Source: Oceanispirochaeta sp. (lineage in GTDB: Bacteria > Spirochaetota > Spirochaetia > DSM-2461). Taken from it: DNA of 64,000 nucleotides. Below are positions 9,944 through 18,921 of this stretch, in pieces. The translations under genes and the position numbers were made by a program. The stretch spans positions 800,001 through 864,000 of the forward strand of contig CAXXXD010000004.1 in NCBI GenBank assembly GCA_963663385.2, read 5' to 3'. Numbering within the stretch: the stretch's first letter is position 1; each line of letters opens with the position of its first letter. The notes under the pieces are model-generated. The model was not told where the DNA came from. It worked only from the letters and a program-made list of their open reading frames with translations, and did no database searches.

Positions 9944-11308
9944 ATGGAAAACAAAGTGAAAAAAGAATTTACCGTGCTGTCTCCCACAGCTATTCTGGGA
10001 TACGGGTTTCCTGAGGAATCCTTCTACAGGGGGCTGGAAGCTTCTCCCGATCTGATTGCCGTAGACGGCGGTTCAACCGATCCCGGCCCCTACTACCTGG
10101 GAGCGGGAAAGTCCTTTACAGACAGGACCGGTGTAAAACGGGATTTGCGCTATATGATTACCGAAGGGGTCAAGCGGGGTATCCCCGTGGTTGTCGGAAC
10201 AGCGGGCGGCAGCGGGGCGGCTCCCCATCTGCAGTGGTGCCGGCAGATCGTGGAGGAGATTGCCCGGGAACAGGATCTCTCCTTTAAACTGGGGCTGATT
10301 CACTCGGATATAGACCGGGAGGTTGTCCGCACAGCCCTGAAAGCCGGGAAGATTACCCCTCTGGAATATGTGCCGGAGCTGACGGAAGAGGCTCTGGATG
10401 AAACGGATAATATTGTTGCCCAGATAGGCGTGGAGCCCATGATACGCGCCCTGGAAGAGGGGTGTCAGGTTATCCTTTCGGGGAGAGCCTACGATCCCGC
10501 CTGTTTCTCCGCTCTGCCCATTATGAAGGGGTATGATCCGGGACTGGCGACCCATATGGGCAAAATTCTGGAGTGTGCCGCCATTGCCGCTTCGCCCGGT
10601 TCCGGTTCCGACTGTGTTCTGGGCATACTGGAGGAGGACTCTTTTCGTCTGGAAACTCTCAGTCCGGAGCGCCGTTTTACCGCAGAATCGACGGCAGCCC
10701 ATACGCTTTATGAAAAATCCGATCCCTATCATCTGCATGGTCCGGGAGGTATCCTGAACCTGGAGAGTTGCCGGTTTGAGGAAATCCCGTCCGGAGTCAG
10801 GGTGAGGGGCAGCCGGTTTGAACCCTCAGGTTCCTATACGGTAAAACTGGAAGGAGCCCGCCTGATAGGTTACAGAACCATCAGTATTGCCGGAACCCGT
10901 GACCGGATCCTTATCAATCAGATCGAATCCGTGGCGGATCTGGTAAAGAAACGGGTGGAGGACCTTCTTAAAAAAGAGAACCTTCAGGGGGATGTCTCTT
11001 TTCATCTCTACGGAAAAAACGGTGTTATGGGAGATCTGGAACCGGAGAAGAACTCAGTCGGCAAAGAGCTGGCCATTGTAATTGAAGCGATAGCCCCGGA
11101 ACAGGAGATGGCCGACACCATCTGCAGCATGACCCGTTCAACCTTTCTGCATTACGGGTACGACGGCCGGATCTCTACAGCCGGAAACCTGGCTTTTCCC
11201 TTCTCTCCCTCGGATATCCGGGCGGGAGAGGTGTATACATTCTCCCTCTATCATATAATGGAAGTAAATGATCAGGAACTTTTCAAAGTCGAGGTATGCG
11301 AATTATGA
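9944..11308 (+). CDS. AtuA/DUF1446-like protein
   Basis: LSPTAILGYGF, DGGSTDPGPYYLG, GRAYDPA, HMGKILECA, HTLYEKSDP; start at MENKVKK after GGAGG. Confidence 0.85.
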   Translation: MENKVKKEFTVLSPTAILGYGFPEESFYRGLEASPDLIAVDGGSTDPGPYYLGAGKSFTDRTGVKRDLRYMITEGVKRGIPVVVGTAGGSGAAPHLQWCRQIVEEIAREQDLSFKLGLIHSDIDREVVRTALKAGKITPLEYVPELTEEALDETDNIVAQIGVEPMIRALEEGCQVILSGRAYDPACFSALPIMKGYDPGLATHMGKILECAAIAASPGSGSDCVLGILEEDSFRLETLSPERRFTAESTAAHTLYEKSDPYHLHGPGGILNLESCRFEEIPSGVRVRGSRFEPSGSYTVKLEGARLIGYRTISIAGTRDRILINQIESVADLVKKRVEDLLKKENLQGDVSFHLYGKNGVMGDLEPEKNSVGKELAIVIEAIAPEQEMADTICSMTRSTFLHYGYDGRISTAGNLAFPFSPSDIRAGEVYTFSLYHIMEVNDQELFKVEVCEL

Positions 11309-11619
11309 GAAAAATAACCGATCTGGCCCGTGTTATCCGGTCCAAAAATGCCGGTCCCTTCGAACTGACACTGGATGTTATATTCCGGGAAGCCGCCGAT
11401 TATAATAAAATCAAGGAGAGAAAGCTTATCAATGAGGAGCTCATAGCCGGGTTGTACAAGATAGAGCCTTCTCTGGTTAAAAATCTGGTCTATTTTGATC
11501 CCGCCCATGCGGTGAAGGTTACCATGAAGCGGGAAATCCCCTCCGGTTCTCCCGGCGATACGGATATCTACGGGGCACAGCAGCATGCGCCGCTTCTGGA
11601 TCTGGAGTTTGATATTTAA
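11305..11619 (+). CDS. DUF4387-like small protein
   Basis: IRSKNAGPFELTLD...GDTDIYGAQQHAPLL; ATGA overlap with the preceding gene. Confidence 0.85.
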   Translation: MRKITDLARVIRSKNAGPFELTLDVIFREAADYNKIKERKLINEELIAGLYKIEPSLVKNLVYFDPAHAVKVTMKREIPSGSPGDTDIYGAQQHAPLLDLEFDI

Positions 11620-12561
11620 ATGTATACCCAGAGCAATCCTGTCAGTGAAAACCTGATCTATTCCACCTATTATGCCCCCCGGGGGAGGAAACGACTCTAC
11701 CAGCTGGGAAGTATGCTATCCCAGCGGTATATTTCGCCGGAAGATAAGCTGATAGGTGTGATCGGAGCGGAGGGCGCCGGGAAATCAACCCTGATCAAAG
11801 CCCTGTTCCCCGGTCTGGAACTGACCAATGACGATGACGGTGTCAATCTGAGACCCACTCCGATCTACGATTTCGATCAGGGGAATTTCTTCTCCGGCCA
11901 GACCTTTCATATTGACTACCGTTACGAATCGGCCTTTCATCAGAAGTTCGAAATTCTTGATGCCATCAACCGGGCCATTGAAGACGGGCGGCGGGTCATA
12001 ATTGAGCACTTCGATCTGGTCTATGAAGCCCTGGGGTACAATGCCCAGATTCTGTTCGGTATAGGGGAGGAAGTGATTGTTGCACGGCCAACCGTATTCG
12101 GACCATCCCCCCTCTCGATTCGTGAAATTGTTAACCGTACCATAAAATACCGGTTGATGGCCCATACGGCAGAAGACATAACCAGCATGGTTCTGGAAAA
12201 AGAGTACAACTACCATAATCCGGTCCTCCACTCCGATGTAAAACACGGTTTTGTGATCAGTTTTCCCGAAGAACCGAAAATCCCGATAGCCGAGCTGGAA
12301 GCCAAGGTCCTGGATATCATAGCGCAGGATGTCAAAGTGACCATAGCCCGGGATAAGCATATCCATATCGGGGATTACGATATGTTCTGCACCGGTCCCC
12401 GGACCCACGTCAAGTCCTCCGGTCAGATCAGGAACTTCAAGCTGCGGAAGGAGTACTCCTACGATCCTCTGACCAGGCAGTACTATCTGATCGGAAGGGT
12501 GGGGAACCGGGAAATCGCAGGGTATGAGAATATACTTCAGGAACCCGACATCCCCACTTAG
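11620..12561 (+). CDS. P-loop domain plus tRNA_SAD (AlaX/ThrRS editing-like) domain protein
   Basis: Walker A GAEGAGKS; C-terminal HTAED...CTGPRTHV resembles the HxxxH/CxGxH motifs; ATG directly follows the previous TAA. Confidence 0.75.
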   Translation: MYTQSNPVSENLIYSTYYAPRGRKRLYQLGSMLSQRYISPEDKLIGVIGAEGAGKSTLIKALFPGLELTNDDDGVNLRPTPIYDFDQGNFFSGQTFHIDYRYESAFHQKFEILDAINRAIEDGRRVIIEHFDLVYEALGYNAQILFGIGEEVIVARPTVFGPSPLSIREIVNRTIKYRLMAHTAEDITSMVLEKEYNYHNPVLHSDVKHGFVISFPEEPKIPIAELEAKVLDIIAQDVKVTIARDKHIHIGDYDMFCTGPRTHVKSSGQIRNFKLRKEYSYDPLTRQYYLIGRVGNREIAGYENILQEPDIPT

Positions 12562-12692
12562 GAGCACAGGCGGTACAGCTGCCGCGTCGTTCCTTATCCG
12601 CCGTATAATTCGGATTCGTCTCTTCTTGCGTTTGAACCGTCTGTTGTCCTCTGTTTTCTTTTCTAGACGGAGAAGGCGCTGTGTCGATCCTG

Positions 12693-12721
12693 TTGACGGC
12701 CTGCCTTTCCGGGAGTAGTAT
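12693..12721 (+). promoter_or_regulatory. sigma70 promoter for coaX-pdxST
   Basis: TTGACG-N17-TAGTAT. Confidence 0.65.
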
Positions 12722-12840
12722 GGGACTGTAGTCCGGGTCGATTCCTGTGAACGGTACCGGACGGAAAAATATCTTATCACTATCAAATCAGGCTTGATTC
12801 GGGGAGGACAGGTGCTGAAAAACGTAAAGACGAAATTGCC

Positions 12841-13614
12841 ATGATCCTGGCGCTGGATGCAGGGAGTTCCCGCCTGTTCGGCGGGATTCTGCAAGAGGGC
12901 ATACTGATTGCTTCATTCAGAAAAAACAGCTCAACCGGTATCACCGCCGATGAGATAGGTCTCTTTCTGCTGCAGTGGCTGCAGGCTAAAGACATGGATG
13001 CTTCCGATGTGGAAGGCTTTGTTTTCTGCTCTGTTGTCCCGGAGCTGAACGGGATTCTGGAAGAGTGCAGCCGGATCTATTTCGGCCTGGATGCTCTGAC
13101 CCTGAGAGCCGGAGTTAAAAGCGGGCTGCAGGTAAAGTATACCAACCACCATGAGTTGGGTGCTGACCTTATTGCCAATGCTGTAGCCGGTGTAAAACTG
13201 CATCCCGGAAAGAATCTTATTATTGTAGATTTTGGAACAGCTACCAGTCTGTGCGGGGTCAGTGCTGCCAGAGAGTATCTGGGAGGCACCCTTATCCCGG
13301 GGCTGGATATTACCATGGAGGCCCTGGCTGATAGAACAGCCAGACTGCCGGCGGTGGAAATCTGCCCGGTACAGAAGGTCTGCGGAAGGGATACGGTCAG
13401 CGGTATTCAGGGGGGACTGTTTTTCGGAACCCTGGGGATGCTTAAAGAGCTGATCTACCGGATGCGCCGCGAGTGCTTTGCAGATGATGAAGTAACTGTT
13501 ATTGCGACGGGGCAGCATGCCGGCCTGTTCAGAAAATTTCGTTTATTCGATTACATAGTACCGGAGCTTGTACTCCTCGGTTTGGAAGAAATCAGAGAAC
13601 TCAACCTGATTTGA
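12841..13614 (+). CDS. coaX: type III pantothenate kinase family protein
   Basis: [41 protein letters not shown]. Confidence 0.85.
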   Translation: MILALDAGSSRLFGGILQEGILIASFRKNSSTGITADEIGLFLLQWLQAKDMDASDVEGFVFCSVVPELNGILEECSRIYFGLDALTLRAGVKSGLQVKYTNHHELGADLIANAVAGVKLHPGKNLIIVDFGTATSLCGVSAAREYLGGTLIPGLDITMEALADRTARLPAVEICPVQKVCGRDTVSGIQGGLFFGTLGMLKELIYRMRRECFADDEVTVIATGQHAGLFRKFRLFDYIVPELVLLGLEEIRELNLI

Positions 13615-14537
13615 CTAGGCTGGAGGACGCTTTGAGCGAACAGACCTGGTCTGAGAAACAGACCGCAACATGGAAGAGTAAAGTAGGATTGGCAGAGATG
13701 CTGAAGGGCGGAGTTATTATGGATGTGGTAACTCCCGAACAGGCTGTCATAGCAGAAGAAGCCGGAGCATCGGCTGTAATGGCCCTGGAACGGGTCCCTG
13801 CTGATATCAGGCAGGACGGCGGGGTGGCGAGAATGTCCGATCCCGAAATGATCAGGGGAATTCAGGACGCCGTCAGCATACCTGTTATGGCAAAATGCCG
13901 AATCGGCCATTTTACCGAAGCCCGCATACTGGAAGCTCTTGAAATTGATTTTATTGATGAATCCGAAGTCCTTACTCCGGCGGATGACCGCTATCATGTT
14001 CTAAAGGATGATTTTCGGGTCCCCTTTGTCTGCGGATGCCGGAACCTGGGAGAAGCCCTCAGGCGGATCGGCGAAGGAGCCGTTATGATCCGGACGAAAG
14101 GAGAAGCCGGAACGGGAGATATTTCCGAGGCCGTCCGGCATATGCGGACGCTTAAGGAAGATATCGCCCGTCTGGCAGGGCTTCCGAAAGAGACCCTCAT
14201 GACTGCCGCAAAAGAGATGGGGGCTCCCTACGATCTGGTTCTCGAAGTAGCCCGTACGGGAAAGCTGCCAGTTCCCAATTTCTCGGCAGGAGGGGTAGCA
14301 ACACCGGCGGATGCCGCATTGATGATGCATCTGGGGGCGGAAGCCGTATTTGTCGGTTCGGGGATCTTTAAATCTGAAAATCCGGCTAAAAGAGCCCGCG
14401 CGGTTGTAGAAGCTGTCACTTTCTATCAGGATCCCTGCAAGCTGGCTGAGATCTCACGGAATCTGGGTGCCCCCATGACGGGTATCGGAATGGATGATCT
14501 GCCCACAGATCAGCGTCTGGCAACAAGGGGCTGGTAA
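13611..14537 (+). CDS. pdxS: pyridoxal 5'-phosphate synthase lyase subunit
   Basis: [49 protein letters not shown]-terminal RGW. Confidence 0.97.
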   Translation: MTRLEDALSEQTWSEKQTATWKSKVGLAEMLKGGVIMDVVTPEQAVIAEEAGASAVMALERVPADIRQDGGVARMSDPEMIRGIQDAVSIPVMAKCRIGHFTEARILEALEIDFIDESEVLTPADDRYHVLKDDFRVPFVCGCRNLGEALRRIGEGAVMIRTKGEAGTGDISEAVRHMRTLKEDIARLAGLPKETLMTAAKEMGAPYDLVLEVARTGKLPVPNFSAGGVATPADAALMMHLGAEAVFVGSGIFKSENPAKRARAVVEAVTFYQDPCKLAEISRNLGAPMTGIGMDDLPTDQRLATRGW

Positions 14538-15097
14538 TGACGGTTCCCGGGATATTGGCTCTTCAGGGAGGATACGCGGCCCATGGTCAAGTTCTGAAAA
14601 GGATGGGATATAATCCTGTCGAAGTCAGAACCCCGGAAGATCTGAAAAAGGCTGATTGCCTGATTCTGCCGGGAGGTGAAAGTACGGTGATGATAAAACT
14701 CCTGAAGCGTTGCGGTCTTTTCATACCCCTGAAGAGGAGCATTCAGGAGGGGATGCCTGTGTTCGGAACCTGTGCCGGCATGATTCTTCTTTCTTCCGGT
14801 ATCGAAGGTCTTGCCCAACCGGTGCTGTCAGCTATGGACTGTAGAGTCAGGCGGAATGCATACGGACGGCAGATCGACAGTTTTGAGGCACAGTTGAATT
14901 GGGGAAAGCATTCTATCCCTGCGTTATTTATACGGGCTCCGCAGGTAAGCAGCACGGGAAAGGATGTGGAAATCCTGATTCGTTTTGAAAACAGTCCCGT
15001 ACTGATAAAACAGGGGAAAAGACTGGCTGCCAGTTTTCATCCGGAATTAACCGGATCAGACCTGGTACACCGGTATTTTATGGAATCAATCTGCTGA
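14537..15097 (+). CDS. pdxT: PLP synthase glutaminase subunit
   Basis: GILALQG, LPGGEST, GTCAGMI, RNAYGRQ, FIRAP, FHPEL. Confidence 0.96.
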   Translation: MTVPGILALQGGYAAHGQVLKRMGYNPVEVRTPEDLKKADCLILPGGESTVMIKLLKRCGLFIPLKRSIQEGMPVFGTCAGMILLSSGIEGLAQPVLSAMDCRVRRNAYGRQIDSFEAQLNWGKHSIPALFIRAPQVSSTGKDVEILIRFENSPVLIKQGKRLAASFHPELTGSDLVHRYFMESIC

Positions 15098-15109
15098 TGT
15101 TCTGATTTA

Positions 15110-15146
15110 TAATTAACCGGTTCCTTTTTGGGGATCCGGTTAATTA
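15110..15146. terminator. hairpin after pdxT
   Basis: TAATTAACCGG...CCGGTTAATTA inverted repeat; no clean U-tract. Confidence 0.5.
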
Positions 15147-15238
15147 CCCTTCTGAAATTTGCGTTTTTTTCAAATAAACTGGAATCCATTATTACTTTCA
15201 CCTTATAATTTGTAATGAGAGAACCGGGGAAAATATAA

Positions 15239-15793
15239 ATGGATGAATATATTAAAAAAAAAATAGGCGACGGTCAAAAATTGATTGAAACAAGAATTTT
15301 TATCAAAAAAAGGGATTTCAAATATATTTACTGTAATGATATTTTTGCAGCGGATCTTTGCATGGAAAAAGAGGATATTCTTGGAAAGGATGATTTTTTC
15401 CTCTACCCTGCAGGGATCGCAGAAAAATATAAGTATGATGATGGAAAAGTCTTCCAGTATGGAAAATTTCATGATTGTCATGAAATGTATATGCTTTCAG
15501 GGAAAATGTACTGGGCTAATACAGCCAAGATTCCCATCTTTGATCAGGATGGGAATGTTACCGGGGTTCTGGGTCTTGTTTCGGTAGCCGTGAAAACGCA
15601 TTCCCGAACAGAAGAATCCTCCTCGGTACAAATTTCGAACCAGTACGAAGGGTTCAGTAAAGGGGAGTTTCGAAAACACTTTACTGAAGAGGATCTGAAA
15701 GAGATTATGCATTTTTCCAGCTTCAATCAAACCGAACAGAACAGAACAATCAGCGGGATTGTGGATGCGGTTCACTTCTATGAGGCTGTGTAA
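15239..15793 (+). CDS. stand-alone PAS (PAS_4-like) domain protein
   Basis: IFIKKRDFKYIYCN...EDILGKDD...KIPIFDQDGNVTGVLG. Confidence 0.75.
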   Translation: MDEYIKKKIGDGQKLIETRIFIKKRDFKYIYCNDIFAADLCMEKEDILGKDDFFLYPAGIAEKYKYDDGKVFQYGKFHDCHEMYMLSGKMYWANTAKIPIFDQDGNVTGVLGLVSVAVKTHSRTEESSSVQISNQYEGFSKGEFRKHFTEEDLKEIMHFSSFNQTEQNRTISGIVDAVHFYEAV

Positions 15794-15916
15794 AAAAGGA
15801 ATATCCCCTCTATATAAATTGATGCTTGTTCTGGATGTATTCTTGAATAAGCCCTCCCCCATGGAATGAGGGGCGCAATATGAAAGATCTACCTGTTATG
15901 GGTGTTATAAAATAGT

Positions 15917-16438
15917 TTATTTGAAAATACTGTTCCCCTTGCTGTCGATGGCAACGAATACGGGAAAATCGGTTACTTCCAGTTTATAGATTGCTTCAGG
16001 TCCCAGATCTTCAAATGCTATAAGTTCACAGGAGGTAATCCGGTCCGAATAGAGAGCCCCGCATCCTCCGAAGGCATAGAGAAATACAGCCCCGTTCCGT
16101 TTGATAGCCTCATAGACATCCCTGTTCCGGTTGCCTTTGCCGATCATTCCGGTAAGCCCCCGGTCAAGCAGGGCAGGGGCAAAGGGGTCCATCCGTCCGG
16201 CTGTCGTCGGCCCGGCGGAACCTATGACCCGTCCCTCCGGTGTAGGGCTTGGCCCCATGTAGTAGATGATGTTCCCTTTCAGTTCTATCGGGAGGGGTTC
16301 ACCCTTATCCAGAAGTCCTATCATCCTCTGATGAGCCTGGTCGCGGCCCACAAAAATGGTCCCGTTCAGCCTCAGTTCCTCTCCGGCTTTCAGTTCTTTT
16401 ACAAAGGATTTTTCAAGGGGGAGTTGTATCTTTCTCAT
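15917..16438 (-). CDS. class I Fe-S hydratase (fumarate/tartrate family) beta subunit
   Basis: GRDQAH, GSAGPTTAGRMD, MIGKG, EDLGPEAI, IDSKGN. Confidence 0.92.
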   Translation of the reverse strand: MRKIQLPLEKSFVKELKAGEELRLNGTIFVGRDQAHQRMIGLLDKGEPLPIELKGNIIYYMGPSPTPEGRVIGSAGPTTAGRMDPFAPALLDRGLTGMIGKGNRNRDVYEAIKRNGAVFLYAFGGCGALYSDRITSCELIAFEDLGPEAIYKLEVTDFPVFVAIDSKGNSIFK

Positions 16439-17277
16439 AGGGTTACCACCAGTTTTCTATCGGCCCAGCAGTTGACGCTTACCGCGACGGGGAGGCCTGC
16501 AATATGGGTCGGGTATTTTTCAATTTTCACCCCCAGGGCTGTTGTCTTTCCCCCCAGCCCGCCCGAACCGATCCCTGTCGCGTTGATGCGGTTCAGAATT
16601 TCATCTTCCAGTTCGGCGTACCAGGGGTCGCTGTGATGTTCATCCAGGTTCCTCAGCAGGGCTTTTTTGGATAACCGGGCGGCATAATCCATGGTTCCTC
16701 CCATTCCCACTCCCAGAACAACCGGGGGGCAGGGGGCTCCGCCGGCCTCTTTGACCACGTTGACAACCGATTCAATGACTGTTTCCCTGTCAGCTGTCGG
16801 TTTATGCATTATAATGCGGCTGCAGTTTTCACTGCCGAATCCCTTGAGAAGTCCCTGGATCACCAGTCTGTCTCCGGGGATGCTGTCATAGTAGATAATG
16901 GGGGGAAGGTTGTTCCCCGTATTCTTTCTCTCTTTAAGAGGATCCTCCACTACGGATTTTCTGAAAAATCCTTCTTTATAGGCATCTTCTACCGCACGCT
17001 GGATCAGGGCTTCCAGAGGCTCTCCCTCCAGTTGAAGTTCCCGCCCGGTAGAAACAAAGAGGATCACCATCCCCGTATCCTGACAGAGAGGTATCTTTTT
17101 TTCCCGGGCAATGACCAGATTTTCCAGGATATGTTCCAGGACGCTTCTGGCCGGTCCTTCCTCCTTGTGCTTTGCCTTCTCTATGCCGGAGAGGATGTCT
17201 TCAGGCAGAACGACACCGGCCTGTATGATCGCCTCTTTCAGGGGGGTGTAAATTTCCTGTGAGTTCAGCTTTCTCAT
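16435..17277 (-). CDS. class I Fe-S hydratase (fumarate/tartrate family) alpha subunit
   Basis: PLCQDTG, KGFGSEN, PCPP, GIGSGGLGG, HIAGLPVAVSVNCW. Confidence 0.92.
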   Translation of the reverse strand: MRKLNSQEIYTPLKEAIIQAGVVLPEDILSGIEKAKHKEEGPARSVLEHILENLVIAREKKIPLCQDTGMVILFVSTGRELQLEGEPLEALIQRAVEDAYKEGFFRKSVVEDPLKERKNTGNNLPPIIYYDSIPGDRLVIQGLLKGFGSENCSRIIMHKPTADRETVIESVVNVVKEAGGAPCPPVVLGVGMGGTMDYAARLSKKALLRNLDEHHSDPWYAELEDEILNRINATGIGSGGLGGKTTALGVKIEKYPTHIAGLPVAVSVNCWADRKLVVTL

Positions 17278-18086
17278 TTATTTGCGTATCCTTTAATATT
17301 TTCCAGTTCGGTTTTTGTCTGACTCAGTTCCTTCATAAGGGAGAGCATTCTGACGCTGTTTTTCATTCTGGCCATAAAAAGATTCACATCGAAGGGTTTC
17401 ATAATATAATCATCTGCTCCAAAGAGGAGAATCTGGGACATGGCTTTATAGCTTCTGATTCCGGATATGGCAATGATGACTTTATCTCCCTCCTGTTTCC
17501 GGAGTTCCATTACCACATCCTCCCCCGACAGGTCCGGCATTATCAGATCAACCAGATAAATGGCGTATTTTTTACTGCTTTTAAGCAGATCTCCGGGATT
17601 CTGGAAATAGTCCACATGCCGGATTTTATTCAGTTCGAATATGCTCCGTATGGCGCTCAGGGCCAGTTTGCTGTCATCCAGTACGGCTATTTCCAGTCCC
17701 TGCAGCTCCCGGGTGAACCCGTCTTCAGAAATAAAAATATCAAAATATTTATCCAGTCGGTTCTGGGACAGTTCCGATTTAAGAATATAGTCCACTACAC
17801 CCATATCAAAAAGTTCCTCCCTTGATTCCAGGGAGTTGTTGGATGTTACAGCGATGACAGGGACTTTTGCCCAGGGGGATTTCTTCAGGTTCCGGATAAA
17901 CTCCTCACCATGACAGTCTGCCAGTTCCAGTCCGGTAATTATCAGGTCTACTTCTTCCTTTTTTAATATCTCCATAGCAGTAGCGGCGCTGTCTGTCTCT
18001 TCAAACTGCAGCCCTTTTTCAATGGCAATATTACGGATAATTTTTCGTACGAACTGACTGTTATCTATGTGCAGTATTCTTTTCAT
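17274..18086 (-). CDS. dual receiver-domain response regulator
   Basis: two REC domains; the first has ITGLEL in place of the phospho-Asp, the second is canonical (LVDLIMP, GADDYIMKPF). Confidence 0.85.
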   Translation of the reverse strand: MKRILHIDNSQFVRKIIRNIAIEKGLQFEETDSAATAMEILKKEEVDLIITGLELADCHGEEFIRNLKKSPWAKVPVIAVTSNNSLESREELFDMGVVDYILKSELSQNRLDKYFDIFISEDGFTRELQGLEIAVLDDSKLALSAIRSIFELNKIRHVDYFQNPGDLLKSSKKYAIYLVDLIMPDLSGEDVVMELRKQEGDKVIIAISGIRSYKAMSQILLFGADDYIMKPFDVNLFMARMKNSVRMLSLMKELSQTKTELENIKGYANK

Positions 18087-18219
18087 TTGTTCATCCTTCC
18101 GTGAGTCTTTCCATTATAGTATGAGAGGCGTTCAGGATAAACATAAAAAGCAACAGAAACAATAAAAGAATTCAGTTTATGTTTATACTCTGTTCATATT
18201 TAGTTGTATAGTATTAATC

Positions 18220-18921
18220 ATGACGAGAATACTGGTTGCAGAAGATGAGAAGAAAATTAACGATATGATTTGTGACTATCTGGAGGCGCTGGGATTTGAA
18301 ACCGATTCCGCTCCGGATGGGCGGGAAGCCCTGAAACAGTTCCGGAAGAATCCCCCGGATCTTGTCCTTATGGATATTATGATGCCTGTTCTGGATGGTA
18401 CGGATGTCCTCCGGGAGATACGGAAGGAGAGTCGTGTCCCTGTAATAATGGTAACGGCCAGGGCAGATGAAGGGGATAAGGTCCTGGGGCTTGAACTGGG
18501 TGCGGACGATTATATAACCAAGCCTTTCAGTATGAAAGAGATGGCCGCCCGTATCAGAGCGGTTCTCAGACGGGCTGAGCCGGTTCCGGGTCCGGATGGA
18601 TCCGCAGCTGAAGAGGAACCAGTCTCTCTCCGGGAATTAACCCTCGATCCGGTCAAGAGGAGTGTCCGTATCGGCGGGAAGTCTGTGGAAATGACAGCCG
18701 CCCAGTTCAGTATTCTCCATAAGATGATTCGAACACCCGGCAGGGTCTATACCCGGATGGATCTGCTCAAGTCTTTTCAGGAGGATCCCTATGAGGGGTA
18801 TGAGCGATCGATTGATGTACATATCAAAAATATCCGGAAACTCATAGAGTCCGATCCGTCTCATCCCGGGTATATACAGACCGTATGGGGTGTCGGGTAT
18901 AAAATGAAGGAAGAAGAGTGA
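18220..18921 (+). CDS. OmpR/PhoB family response regulator
   Basis: REC (LMDIMMP, GADDYITKPFS) plus winged HTH (RSIDVHIKNIR, IQTVWGVGY). Confidence 0.95.
   Translation: MTRILVAEDEKKINDMICDYLEALGFETDSAPDGREALKQFRKNPPDLVLMDIMMPVLDGTDVLREIRKESRVPVIMVTARADEGDKVLGLELGADDYITKPFSMKEMAARIRAVLRRAEPVPGPDGSAAEEEPVSLRELTLDPVKRSVRIGGKSVEMTAAQFSILHKMIRTPGRVYTRMDLLKSFQEDPYEGYERSIDVHIKNIRKLIESDPSHPGYIQTVWGVGYKMKEEE

Noticed and set aside
11785..12894. 369-aa minus-strand ORF with a basic RRFKRKKRR stretch
   Set aside because: It overlaps two supported + strand genes; the basic stretch simply reflects a pyrimidine-rich intergenic tract
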